64,000 nt of DNA. Source: a virus. The stretch is from IMG/VR virus record IMGVR_UViG_3300042305_002533, positions 66,679-130,678 of that record; one strand, given 5' to 3'. The stretch's first letter is position 1; each line of letters starts with the position of its first letter. Shown one piece after another: positions 1-10,900 of the stretch. The notes beneath the pieces were generated by a model. The model was given only the letters and a program-made list of their open reading frames with translations. It was not told the DNA's origin and searched no databases. Both the position numbers and the translations under genes were made by a program.

Positions 1-99
1 GAAGGAAGCGCAGGCCCTTCTACCACGTTCTCTTCAGAATTTGTAACGACGCCGAATTTCTGCATGTCGATGCTTTATCAGGCGCCGCTTTGAAGTCAA

Positions 100-579
100 T
101 CAAATTTCGTCCTTGAAGTCTTCGGGGTCTTTGCCGAACTCTTCGATCGACGGCGCCACTTGTACACGGGAAAAACGGTCGCGCGCCGGTTGATGCTGCA
201 CCCGCGCAGGATCTGGTATTTTGCGGATAAACTCTTGACTTTGCCCGATCATCGCCCGGATAGACTTTTCGTTTTGAAGCCGCTCGGGAAGAGTCTCTGC
301 GGCATCAAGGACGCGGTCGGGCTCATTGCGAGCCTCACGTGGAGGCGCCGGGGGCGGGTCAAAGCGCCCGGCGCCTCTTGGCGTTTCTTCTTGCCGGGCG
401 GGCAGCGAATTCACGGCGTGAACTCGGATCCCGTCAACCTCTACGCTGACAGCCCCAAGCTCCTGATCGTAAAAGAGCCCGAACATCTCAGTGTCGGCCT
501 CGGGCACGTGAAACCCCTGGCGCGTGAGATACTCGCGCACCGCAAGAAGCACGTCATCTTGCGTCAGTGTTATTTTCAT
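100..579 (-). CDS. hypothetical protein
   Basis: 159-aa ORF with GGAGGA RBS, overlapping the 3' end of the helicase gene on the same strand. Confidence 0.7.
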   Translation of the reverse strand: MKITLTQDDVLLAVREYLTRQGFHVPEADTEMFGLFYDQELGAVSVEVDGIRVHAVNSLPARQEETPRGAGRFDPPPAPPREARNEPDRVLDAAETLPERLQNEKSIRAMIGQSQEFIRKIPDPARVQHQPARDRFSRVQVAPSIEEFGKDPEDFKDEI

Positions 580-2527
580 GGTCCTCCTTCAGTACGTTGA
601 GATACGCGGTGTTTGCCACCGGCTTGGCTACTTCAGCACTGTACTTACAGCCTTTGCGGAAAGGCCGAATCTCGTCGCGGGCGCAGTCATTCATACGCTC
701 ACAAGACGCGCATGAAATCCGCTCCAGCATGGTGTACGCCACGTTATCCTTAAACGCGAGCGTTCTCGCCAAAAAGCCGTCCAGAGCCTGGGGGTGCGTG
801 GACAGCAAGCGGTAAACAACCATGTTGCGCGTCTGCCCTGGGCGGTTATTGCGCTCAAGCGACTGCTTGTAGTGCGTCAGGTTCCAGGTCAGCGCATAAT
901 AAATCATGTAATTTGCGGCCGTGAGCGTAACGCCAACGCCGGAGCTTACCTGTCCGATGTACACTCGGCAGATTGGGTCAGTTTGAAAGCGGCGGCTTAG
1001 CTCTTCAATCCGGCTGGTCGTTGATCCGTCTACGCGAACGTATTCATAACCTGCGTCTGAAACGGCCGTCTCGATGTCATTGAGCTCCTCAAGGTACGTC
1101 GCCCAGACGATGACCTTGTTCGCGTCGTCATCAGACAGCACATTGCCCAAGAGCTCTTTGAACGTCGCAAGCTTCGGGTTGGAAAGTCGTTTTATGGTCG
1201 TAGGAGGTTTTTCTTTGTAAATGTGACACCGCTCCGTGTACGGGCGCACCCCAGTTTTAACGCAGCCCTGCACGTGCTCGCAGCCGTCACAGACGAGCGG
1301 GTCGGCGCCCTCAATGACGAAGCCTGAAACTAACTGCAAGAGCTTATTGACAAGGGCACCGCCGTGCGGGGTAGAAACCCCGCGCCCGCGTAAAGCGTTG
1401 GACTCCGCGTACGCAGCAAAATCTTTGAGCCGCGCAATGCTGGCGTCATACTCCCGCGCTTGCGCCGAGGACAGGTCGAAGGGCACGTCAATGAACGTAA
1501 CGGGCGGGAGGTCAATACACTCCTTCTTTTTCATGCGCGTCGCGATGCCTTCGACGCGCGCGTTCAGTTCATCCAGGTCGCGGTAGCCGTAGACCTGATG
1601 CTTATTGAACTTGGAATACACAAAGTGCTTTTGTTGATACGCGTACCAGGGCATGGGCATAAGCGCCGGCGAAAGAAAGCGCATCTGTGCATAGAGCTTG
1701 CCCGGATGATCAGCCGCTGTTCCCGAGAGCAAGTAGCGGCGGCACGCCTTGGCTGATAGCGTCAGCGCCGCCTGCGTTTGGGAGCTCTCATAGTTCCCGA
1801 TGGAGTGAGACTCGTCAGAGACAATCACCTGGTAGTCCAGGTCTTTCAGGCGCTTGGGGTGTTTATTTTTTGGGTCGAACTCAAGCCGCGCGCGGGCGTA
1901 GGAGAGCACAACGACGTCGGCGGTCTGGGCCGCCTCGTAGCTTTTGTCCGTACCGTCCCAGATAACTGCGCGCAAAGCGCCCTGTGTGCAGCGGCGGACT
2001 TCGTTAACCCACGTAGGCAGCACTACCGGAGGCGCCATCACCAACATGCGCTTGAGCTCGGGATTTTCACGGCGTGAAAGCCGGAAGCCGTCGATCATCG
2101 TACGCGTTTTGCCGGTGCCCATCTCCCAGAGAAAGAACGAACGCCACCACGCGGCGATGCGGCGGATGCCCAGTCTCTGGTGACGGTAAGGCTCAAACCC
2201 CTTGGGGAATTCAAAATCTTCGGGTAACTCGACCTCTTCGTTCTGGGCGTACGCCGACTTGGCGGCCCCCCAGACGTTGTCGGTCGCGCGCAAGTCATTT
2301 ACGAAAGAAAGCGCAGAGGCCGTCCACTCGAGGTCAGGCGCTAAAACTTTCAGATCGTGCGCTACCGAAAGCCCGAAAGGATAGTATGCTGGAAAGAGCC
2401 AGTCGGCTCCTGACTGCACGGCGCCGGTTACACGCCGCCAGGGATCAGGAGACACGCTCGTCGGCGTGATGCGCCAAACGGGCGTAAGATTTAGATGAAG
2501 GCCACTAACTTTCACGCTGGGTGCCAT
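554..2527 (-). CDS. SNF2/SF2-family helicase-ATPase
   Basis: Motif I EMGTGKT, motif II DESH, LLSGT, RVDGST, GVGVTLTAA, QSLERNNRPGQ; start uncertain (ATG 2527 or GTG 2551). Confidence 0.9.
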   Translation of the reverse strand: MAPSVKVSGLHLNLTPVWRITPTSVSPDPWRRVTGAVQSGADWLFPAYYPFGLSVAHDLKVLAPDLEWTASALSFVNDLRATDNVWGAAKSAYAQNEEVELPEDFEFPKGFEPYRHQRLGIRRIAAWWRSFFLWEMGTGKTRTMIDGFRLSRRENPELKRMLVMAPPVVLPTWVNEVRRCTQGALRAVIWDGTDKSYEAAQTADVVVLSYARARLEFDPKNKHPKRLKDLDYQVIVSDESHSIGNYESSQTQAALTLSAKACRRYLLSGTAADHPGKLYAQMRFLSPALMPMPWYAYQQKHFVYSKFNKHQVYGYRDLDELNARVEGIATRMKKKECIDLPPVTFIDVPFDLSSAQAREYDASIARLKDFAAYAESNALRGRGVSTPHGGALVNKLLQLVSGFVIEGADPLVCDGCEHVQGCVKTGVRPYTERCHIYKEKPPTTIKRLSNPKLATFKELLGNVLSDDDANKVIVWATYLEELNDIETAVSDAGYEYVRVDGSTTSRIEELSRRFQTDPICRVYIGQVSSGVGVTLTAANYMIYYALTWNLTHYKQSLERNNRPGQTRNMVVYRLLSTHPQALDGFLARTLAFKDNVAYTMLERISCASCERMNDCARDEIRPFRKGCKYSAEVAKPVANTAYLNVLKEDHENNTDAR

Positions 2528-4241
2528 GAGTTCTTCTCCCTCCGTTGACACGTCAAACCTCGCCGATCCAGTCGCACTGAACGGCGCAAACCACCCGAAC
2601 CCGGCGTTTGATTACCTCACGGGGTTCGTACCAAGAAAGCTCAAGGACCTTTTCAAGTGGGCCGAATACCTCGCGTTCAACTCGGCGCACATCTACGGCG
2701 TCGTAAGAAAGTTCGGGGAGTACCCGATTACGTCGTTCGTCTATGACACGACGTCGCCGGACGAAAAGCAGCGGCATCAAGACCTGTTTGAAAAAAAGAC
2801 GCGGCTCAAGGGGTTTCTAACGCAGGTCTCGTTTGATAAGTGGATTTACGGCAACGCGTTCGTGAGCGTCTTTGAGCCTATCAAGCGCTGGCTCCGTTGC
2901 ACCAAGTGCCGCACAAAAGAAGACGTAAAAGTCGCGGATTACAAGTACGTCGACACTTCAACGGCGTTCAAACTGAAGTGCCGGAACTGCGGCTTTGAAG
3001 GCGTGGCCGAGGTCGAGGATGAGAAGCTGATCGACCCGTCGAAGATCAACCTGATCCGATGGGACCCGAAGCTCATCGACATTGACCACAACCCCGTAAC
3101 CGGACAGAGCGTCTACTACTACACGATTCCGCGAACGCTCGTGCAGCAGGTCAAAGAGGGCAATAAGCATCTGATCGGCACCATGCCGATGGAGATGCTC
3201 AAAGCCATGAAGGCCAAGAAGACCTTCAAATTTGCCGACGGTCAGATTTTTCACCTGAAAGTTCCAGGACCGGCGGGCGTGGAGTCGCAGTGGGGCTTCC
3301 CCCCGATCACCAGCGCCATCAAGCTCTTTTTGTTCGCCGCGATCCTTCGGCGCGCGAACGAGGCCATCGCGCTTGAGCACATCACGCCGTTTCGCGTAAT
3401 TCACCCGCAAACCGCGTCAGGCAACGGCGATCCGCTTCTACAGCTCAATCTCGAAGAGTGGCGGCGAGAGCTGGAGAAAAATTACAAGCAATTCCGCAAA
3501 GACCCTCTGCGTATGCAGTTTTCACCCGTGCCCATCGGCGTCCAAAACGTCGGCGGAGACGGCCGCGCAATGCTGACGCTCGGCGAGCTACAGGAAGCGG
3601 AGAAGAACATTGTCCTGTCCATGGGCGTGCCCATGGAGTTCCTGGCGGGCGGACTTGGGCAGATGCGCGGCGAGGTTACGCTGCGCATGTTGGAAAACCA
3701 GCTGCAAACGCACATCGAGGACCTGAACGGGCTGATCCAGTGGGTCGAAGGAAAGTGCGCACGCTTCTTGGGCTGGGCTTCAATCCCGATGCGCCTCGCG
3801 GAGTTCAAGCTGCTTGACGACGTTGAGAACAAGCAGATTTACTTCCAGCTCTGGCAGCAGGGTAAGATCAGCGATACAAAGATCGGTGAACTCTTCGGCA
3901 TCGACTGGGAGCACGAGCGCAAGCAGAAGATGGAAGATGTCTTGAGCGAAATGAAATCGCAGATGCAGCTTGAAGCTGCGCAGAAGAAGCTGCAGAACGC
4001 GCTCTCGCAACAGGCGGCAAACAAAGCACAGATGTCTCAAAACCCGGCGCAGTACGACCAGCAGGCAATTATCGCGCAGGCCGATCAGATCGCCCAAGAG
4101 TTCGCCCAAATGGACATCGGCACGCGCCGATCGCGCATGGACGCACTCAAGAACGAGGACCTCATCATGGCCTCGGTGGTGCGCGAGCGGCTTGAGCAGA
4201 TGCAGCAAGACCAGGCAGCAGCACAGCGGGCACAGGGATGA
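2526..4241 (+). CDS. phage portal protein with Zn-ribbon insertion
   Basis: 571 aa; YGNAFV, IFHLK..WGFPPI and MGVPMEFL resemble portal segments; CTKC..CRNC insert; coiled-coil C-terminus; context of head genes. Confidence 0.7.
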   Translation: MSSSPSVDTSNLADPVALNGANHPNPAFDYLTGFVPRKLKDLFKWAEYLAFNSAHIYGVVRKFGEYPITSFVYDTTSPDEKQRHQDLFEKKTRLKGFLTQVSFDKWIYGNAFVSVFEPIKRWLRCTKCRTKEDVKVADYKYVDTSTAFKLKCRNCGFEGVAEVEDEKLIDPSKINLIRWDPKLIDIDHNPVTGQSVYYYTIPRTLVQQVKEGNKHLIGTMPMEMLKAMKAKKTFKFADGQIFHLKVPGPAGVESQWGFPPITSAIKLFLFAAILRRANEAIALEHITPFRVIHPQTASGNGDPLLQLNLEEWRRELEKNYKQFRKDPLRMQFSPVPIGVQNVGGDGRAMLTLGELQEAEKNIVLSMGVPMEFLAGGLGQMRGEVTLRMLENQLQTHIEDLNGLIQWVEGKCARFLGWASIPMRLAEFKLLDDVENKQIYFQLWQQGKISDTKIGELFGIDWEHERKQKMEDVLSEMKSQMQLEAAQKKLQNALSQQAANKAQMSQNPAQYDQQAIIAQADQIAQEFAQMDIGTRRSRMDALKNEDLIMASVVRERLEQMQQDQAAAQRAQG

Positions 4242-4684
4242 GCGACGACTTCGGCAAATTTATCGATCAAGCGCAAACGGCAGACCGCGTCGAGAGCCGG
4301 TTTGCCGGGCTTGAATCTGAGCTAGAGGTTCACGCCGGGACCAAGAAGAAAGCCAAGTACACCTACGAGTGCCGGGTGTTCACGGTCTTTCGGCCTTGGC
4401 AGGAGTGTCATCGGTGCCAGAAAGCGTTTCGTCCAAAAAAGAACGCAGAAGGCCAGTGGGAAGACCCGGACCTGGAGATGCCGGAAGACGAAGACTACAT
4501 CTGCCCCCATAACGAGATGGCGGAGTACTCACAGCTCGTCAACAAGATTTCACGGGGTGAGGCGCGTCTGATTCGCCGCTCTTTGGAAACGCTGAAGACC
4601 GGCGTCGTGCAAGCGCTACTTGAATGGGGCGAGCCGAACTTCACGGACAAAAAAGAAGAGCCAGAGCCGTTTCCACGGCTCTGA
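4238..4684 (+). CDS. hypothetical protein
   Basis: 148 aa, ATGA overlap with portal stop, CHRC..CPH. Confidence 0.7.
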   Translation: MSDDFGKFIDQAQTADRVESRFAGLESELEVHAGTKKKAKYTYECRVFTVFRPWQECHRCQKAFRPKKNAEGQWEDPDLEMPEDEDYICPHNEMAEYSQLVNKISRGEARLIRRSLETLKTGVVQALLEWGEPNFTDKKEEPEPFPRL

Positions 4685-4988
4685 CTCTCCGGGCTCACTC
4701 GTTCGGGGTCACCCTACGAGCGAGCCGTCTCTGAATGGCGACGACACTCGCCTCCCAGGCGTTCTCCTGGGGGATGGCGTCGTCGGCGAAGAACTGAGAC
4801 CAGTTCTTTTCCCTTCTCTCCTTCCGCCATTCCTGGCGGTTGGCGTTCTTGTACGTGGCCGCCATCAGAGGATGACCACCAACCAGAGGACCGACGTAAT
4901 GCACATGAAAAACCTCGTTGTCCGTCACGGACACAATCGTCGCGTGACAATTTCTTTTACCAGCAACACCCACTAAAATTTCGAAGCC

Positions 4989-7900
4989 ATGACTCAGCTG
5001 ACGCCCGTACTCACCGACGCCGAAACGCTTCGCGGGAAGATTCACGAGAAGGTCACGGGCGCGCTTACCAACGTGTTCCCGATGGACCTCAAAGGGCGCA
5101 CGCTTGAGGTGAAGGACATCAAAGTCCATCACCGGGACTACTCGTCCGACGAGCAGAAGAAAGCCCTGCTGAGCGGCGACTCCCTGCAGACGCCGGTGAA
5201 GGGGACGTTGGTGCTCAAGGGCGCCGATGGGCGTGTGATCGACGAGGCGAAAAACTTTACCCTCGTCCACATCCCGTACATGACGCCACGGCACACCGTG
5301 ATCGCGGACGGCAACGAGTATCAGTTCGCAAATCAGATTCGCCGTAAGCCCGGCGTGTACACGCAGCGCGCCGAAAACGGAGAGCTCAAGACGATCTTCA
5401 ACACGGGTCGGGGCGATAACTTCAATCTCAGCTTCAACGAAGCCAAGGGCACGTTCTCGCTACAGTACGGAACGAGCAACATTCCGCTCTACGCAACCTT
5501 ACGGGGCTTGGGCGTAACGCACGACGAGATCTCCAAGCATCTCGGAGAAGGCGTCGCCAAGGCCAATCAAGTCGCGCACGAAAAGCACATTGATACGGCG
5601 ATCTCGAAGCTCTACCAGAAGCTCGAACACCCGGCCGTTTACGACCCGAAACTCCCGCACGTCGCCAAAGCCGAAGCGATCAAAAAGAAGTACAGCATCG
5701 CGTCGCTTGACCCGGACGTGACCGAGCACACGCTGGGGCAAGCGCACGACCGCGTAACCCCGACCGCGCTTCTTCACGCCGCGAAAAAGATGCTCGCCGT
5801 GCACAACGGCAAAATCCCGGTCGACGATACCGACTCGCTGACCTTCAAGACCTTCCACGCCGTCGATGACTTCCTGGCCGAGCGCATTCGTCTGACGGCG
5901 CGCACCTGGACGCCCAAAGCCAAGATGGCGTTCAGCGGCAAGAACAACATTCGTGAGGCGCTACGCCCCGCGCCCTTCTCGGATTCGATCCGCAAGTTCG
6001 TGACGACGTCGTCTTTGACGGCCGTGCCCAGCGGAATCAACCCGCTGGAGCTCATGGATCACGCCGTGAAAGTCACGTCGCTCGGAGAGGGCGGGATCAG
6101 CTCTGACCGTGCGATTCCTCTTGACGCCCGCATGACGCACGCGACGCACTTCGGGGCGCTTGATCCAATACGCACGCCTGAGTGTTTAACCGGCGACGCC
6201 GAAGTCTTTACCGCAACGGGCTGGAAGCGCGCTGACGCCCTTACAGAATCGGACGCCCTCGCTTGCCGGATCGACGGTCGCCTTGAGTTTCATAAACCCG
6301 AACGGCTGATTGCCGCGCACTATTCGGGCCCACTTCACGGCGTGAACACAGGGAAACTTGAGTACCTGGTCACTCCAAACCACCGCGTTTGGTGCGCTCC
6401 CGTAGACGCCGTGTACCCCCTTGATCAACCCCACGGAACTGGTTGGCGGTTTAGTCGCGCTGATGAAATTCACGCAAAACCTCGCGTATTTGATACTGGG
6501 CACGGCGCATTTATTGGAGCAGGGCCGGACACATTTCAACTGCCTGAAGTCGACGGCGCGCATAATGTGCGGAACGCCGGGCCTATCCCTATGCCGGATT
6601 GGGCAGCGTTCATGGGCTGGTACCTTTCCGAGGGCTCGATTGGTCGGCACGAAGGGCGCCTGACGCACGTCCTTATTTCCCAAGACCGCACGGCTAATCC
6701 CGACTGTTGTGATGCTATCGAAGCCCTACTTTCTAGGCTGCCGTTTGGCTGGAGGTATGACGCCGCTAGCCGGGCGTTCGCCATTAGCGGAAAACAGCTT
6801 GCGAGTTACTTAGAGCCTTTTGGTTTTTCCCAGGATAAGTACATTCCCGAGTCCTTCTTCAATACCTCTATTGAAGCCCGGGAAAATTTGCTTGAAGCCT
6901 TACTGTTGGGCGACGGGCGAATCAACAGCGTTCGGGCTACCGGCAAAAATTACAAACAGCAAGTGTTCTGCACTACGAGTGCCCGTCTTGCAGAAGGAGT
7001 TGAACGGTTAGCCATCTCTCTAGGAAAATCGCCTAGGACTCGTCGCTACTCAGATAAGCGAGAAGAGCGATATCTTGATACCTATGAAGTTCGCCTGCTC
7101 CGCGACCGGTATCGGCAAGCGGTTCCTAGAAAAGGCCACTACTACGTAAGGCTCCACGACGGGCTGGTGTATTGCGCCACCGTTCCGGGTGGGCTGATGT
7201 ACATCCGCTATGGCGCTGGGATTGGACACTGGTCCGGTAACTCAGGCCATGCCGGTGTAGACATCCGCGCAACCATCGCCGCGCACCGAGATGACCGGGG
7301 AAACTTCTACACGGCCATGAAGGACGTGAAGACCGGGAAACAGGTCTTCGTGCGAGCCGGCGACCTCGTCAAAAACGTCGTGGCGTTCCCCGGGCAAAAC
7401 CTCAAGGGGGGCGTCAAAGCGTTCGTCAACGGGAAGATTGAAGAAGTGCCGGGCTCACGGGTGACGCACGAGATGCTGCACCTGTCGCACCAGTACTCAC
7501 CGGCGACGAGCCTCATCCCGATGATTCACAACATCCAGGGCAACCGCGCGATCATGGGTTCCAAGATGGGAACTCAGGCGCTACCCCTGCTTGATCGGGA
7601 GACGCCCTACGTCCAGGTAAAGAGCCATCTGCCGGGCGAGGTGTCGTTTGAAAAGGTCTACGGGCATCTGACCGTGCCGACATCGCCGGTGCACGGGACG
7701 GTGGAGAAGATCCAGGACGGGTACATTTATATCCGGCCGCACGGGGAGAAGAAGGCCGAGGACCGCCCCGTCCTTGAGCAGCGGAAGCTCGGGCCGCACA
7801 CGTTCAACCTGGAGATGATGCGCCACCAGTTTGAAGACGCCCCTGGCAGGCTCACGACCCGGTCGGGCAACTGGGACTACGGACATCTCCCCGGCTACAC

Positions 7901-10900
7901 GGGGCCTGATGGCGACTCCCTCGACTTCTTCGTCGGCGACCACCCCGACGGGCACATCTTCTCGTTCGACAAGCAGCACAACGCCGACGGCAAGGGCTGG
8001 AAGACCACGGACACAAAGTTTGTGGTGGGCGTGACGCCCGAGCAGAAGGCGGAGTTCCGTCGCCGTCAGGCCGTGTACAACTCGGGGCCCGCACCCATGC
8101 GGCACGCGAACATCCGAGAGTTCAAGGACTGGAATCACCTTCAGCAGCACATCAACGAGCACTTCAAGAACGAGAAGGTCGCCGCTGCCAAGGACGACGG
8201 CCTCATCAAAGTCCCCTACGAAACGAACTTTCCGTTCCCCTCGAAGACCTACCTGCATCACGACATTCAGGTAAAGCCGGGACAGACGGTTCAGCAGGGG
8301 CAGCGCCTTGGCGACTCGAACTTCACGCGCAACGGCACGCTCGCGCTCGGGAAGAACCTGCTCGTCGGATACATGGCCTATCACGGCTTGAACTCCAACG
8401 ACGCCGTCGTCATCAGCGAAAGCTGCTCCAAAAAGCTCACCAGCGAGCACATGTACCGCGAGATCTACCCACTCTCGTCACAAATCGAGCTCTCGCGCGA
8501 CAAGCACAAATCCTATTACGGCACCAAGTTCACGCCGCAGCAGTACGCGAAGCTTGATGCTTCCGGCGTGATCAAGCCCGGTACGCGTGTTGACCCAAAA
8601 GACCCGCTCGTACTCGGGCTGACGCGCGCTCAGATTCAAGGGCAAGACCTTCTCCTTGGGCGCATCTCGAAGTCGCTGACCAAGCCCTACAAAGACGTCG
8701 TGCTTCAATGGGAGCACGGCACGCCCGGCGTGGTCGTTGAAGTCCTCCGAAGCTCGGGGCAGATCGCGATTCTGATCAAGACCCAGGAGCAGATGCAAGT
8801 CGGCGACAAGCTGGCCGGGCGTTACGGGAACAAGGGCGTCGTCGCGAAGATCGTCGCTGATCACGAAATGATTAAGGACGAGAAAGGCCGCCCGCTCGAT
8901 CTCATCCTGACGTCCGCTGGCGTCGTAAGCCGCATCAATCCCGCACAGGTCATCGAAACCGCCGTCGGCAAAGTCGTCGAGAAGACGGGCAAGCCCATTC
9001 TCTACGACAACCAGGAGCACAAGGACGCCGTTCAGTGGGCCAAGGGGCTTTTGAAAGAGCACGGCATCAAAGACAAAGAGCACGTCTTTGACCCTGTGAC
9101 CAAACGGACGATCGTCGGGCCTGACGGCAAGGGCGTACTCGTCGGGCGGCAGTTCATCTACAAGCTCTTCAAGAGTACGGACACAAACTTCTCAGGCCAC
9201 GGCGTCGGCCCGTACGACGTAAACGAACAGCCCCTGAAGACTGGCGGGGACGAGAGCGCCAAGGGCATCGGCAAGATGGAGTTCGACGCCATCGTGGCCC
9301 ACAACGCCCGTAACTTTCTGCAGGAGGCCGCGTCAATCAAAAGCCAGAAGAACGATGAGTTCTGGCGTGCGATCCAGCTCGGGATGCCGCTGCCGACCCC
9401 AAAGCCTTCGTTCGCCTTCAACAAGTTCACCGCCATGCTTGAAGGCGCGGGGATCAAAGTCGACAAGCGGGGGTCGAAGTTCAAGCTCTTGCCGCTGACC
9501 GACAAAGACATCACACAGCGCAGCAAAGGCGCGATCACCGAAAAGGAAACGCTGATCGCCAAGAACCTGAAGCCGATTAAGGACGGACTCTTTGACCCGC
9601 TGAAGACAGGCGGGCCTCAAGGCACGCTGTACTCTCACATCGACCTCCATGAGCCGATCCCGAACCCGGTATTCACCGAGCCGGTGCGGCGCCTTCTCGG
9701 GCTGTCCACAAAAGACTTCGAGCAGCGGCTACACGACCATGGCGGCGCGTGGTTTCACAAAGAGCTTCAAAAGATCGACGTTGACACGAAACTCAACGAG
9801 CTCACCAAGGCGATGAACAAAGCGGCGGGCCCTGAGCTCGACAACCTCGTCAAGCAGGTGAAGTACCTCCGCGCCCTGAAGAGCGAAAACCTGAAGCCCC
9901 ACGAAGCTTACATCCTGTCCAAGGTGCCGGTGATTCCGCCGGTCTTTCGCCCGGTGCTGCCCGAAATGCGCGACCCGTCCAAGCTGATGGTTGCGGACGC
10001 CAACAAGCTTTACGGGCACCTTCTCGACACGAACAATACGCTCAAGACCACTGCCCTTGAGAGCGATCGCGGCAAGCACCGCGCCCTTGTCTTTAAGTCT
10101 GTCGGGGCGGTCTTCGGCATGAATGACCCCGAGGACGAGAAGCTGCAGAAGCAGGAAGTGAAAGGCTTCCTACAGAATATTGCAGGCGTGGGCTCCCCGA
10201 AGGGCGGCTTCTTTCAGCGCAGGCTCATGCGCCGAACGCAAGACGTATCAGGACGTGGAACGGCCGTGCCGGACGGAAACCTCGGCATGGATGAAGTGGG
10301 CATTCCGGAGCAGATGCTCTGGCAGATGCTCGACAAACTCATCGTGGCGCGCCTGGTCCGGCAGGGATACTCAGCCCTGCAGGCGCGCGAACTTGTCGAC
10401 AAAAAAGCGCCCGTCGCCCGCGAAGCTATGCTGGCTGAAAGTCGTGAGCGTCCCGTACTGATCAACCGCGCGCCGACGCTTCACCGCTGGTCGGTTGTGG
10501 CCGCGTATCCAAAGCCGGTGCAGGGCAAGACGATCCGCGTCAACCCCTTCGTCGAGAAGGGCATGAACCTCGACTACGACGGCGACACCCTTCAGGTGCA
10601 CGCGCCCGTTCAACCGGGGGCCGTCGAAGACGCAAAGAAGATGACGCTCAGCCAGATGCTCCTGGCGGACCAACAGCGTAACAAGCTCATGGCCTTCCCA
10701 CAGCACGAGGCCATCATCGGCTTTACGCTGGCGTCAAAGGCCACACCTACGGGACCGGCGCACCGATTCAAGACGCGCGACGAAGCCATGGCCGCGTGGC
10801 GTTCCGGCAAACTCAAGCTCACGGATGGCGTCATCATCGAGCACGAAAAGAAAGCGGGAGCCGACGATTTTAGCGAGCCTTTAGACGGCACGCCGATGAC

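Noticed and set aside
4695-5294. 199-aa minus-strand ORF
   Set aside because: The 5' half overlaps the RNAP gene; the 3' ~75 codons might be a small gene but no start or function can be supported.
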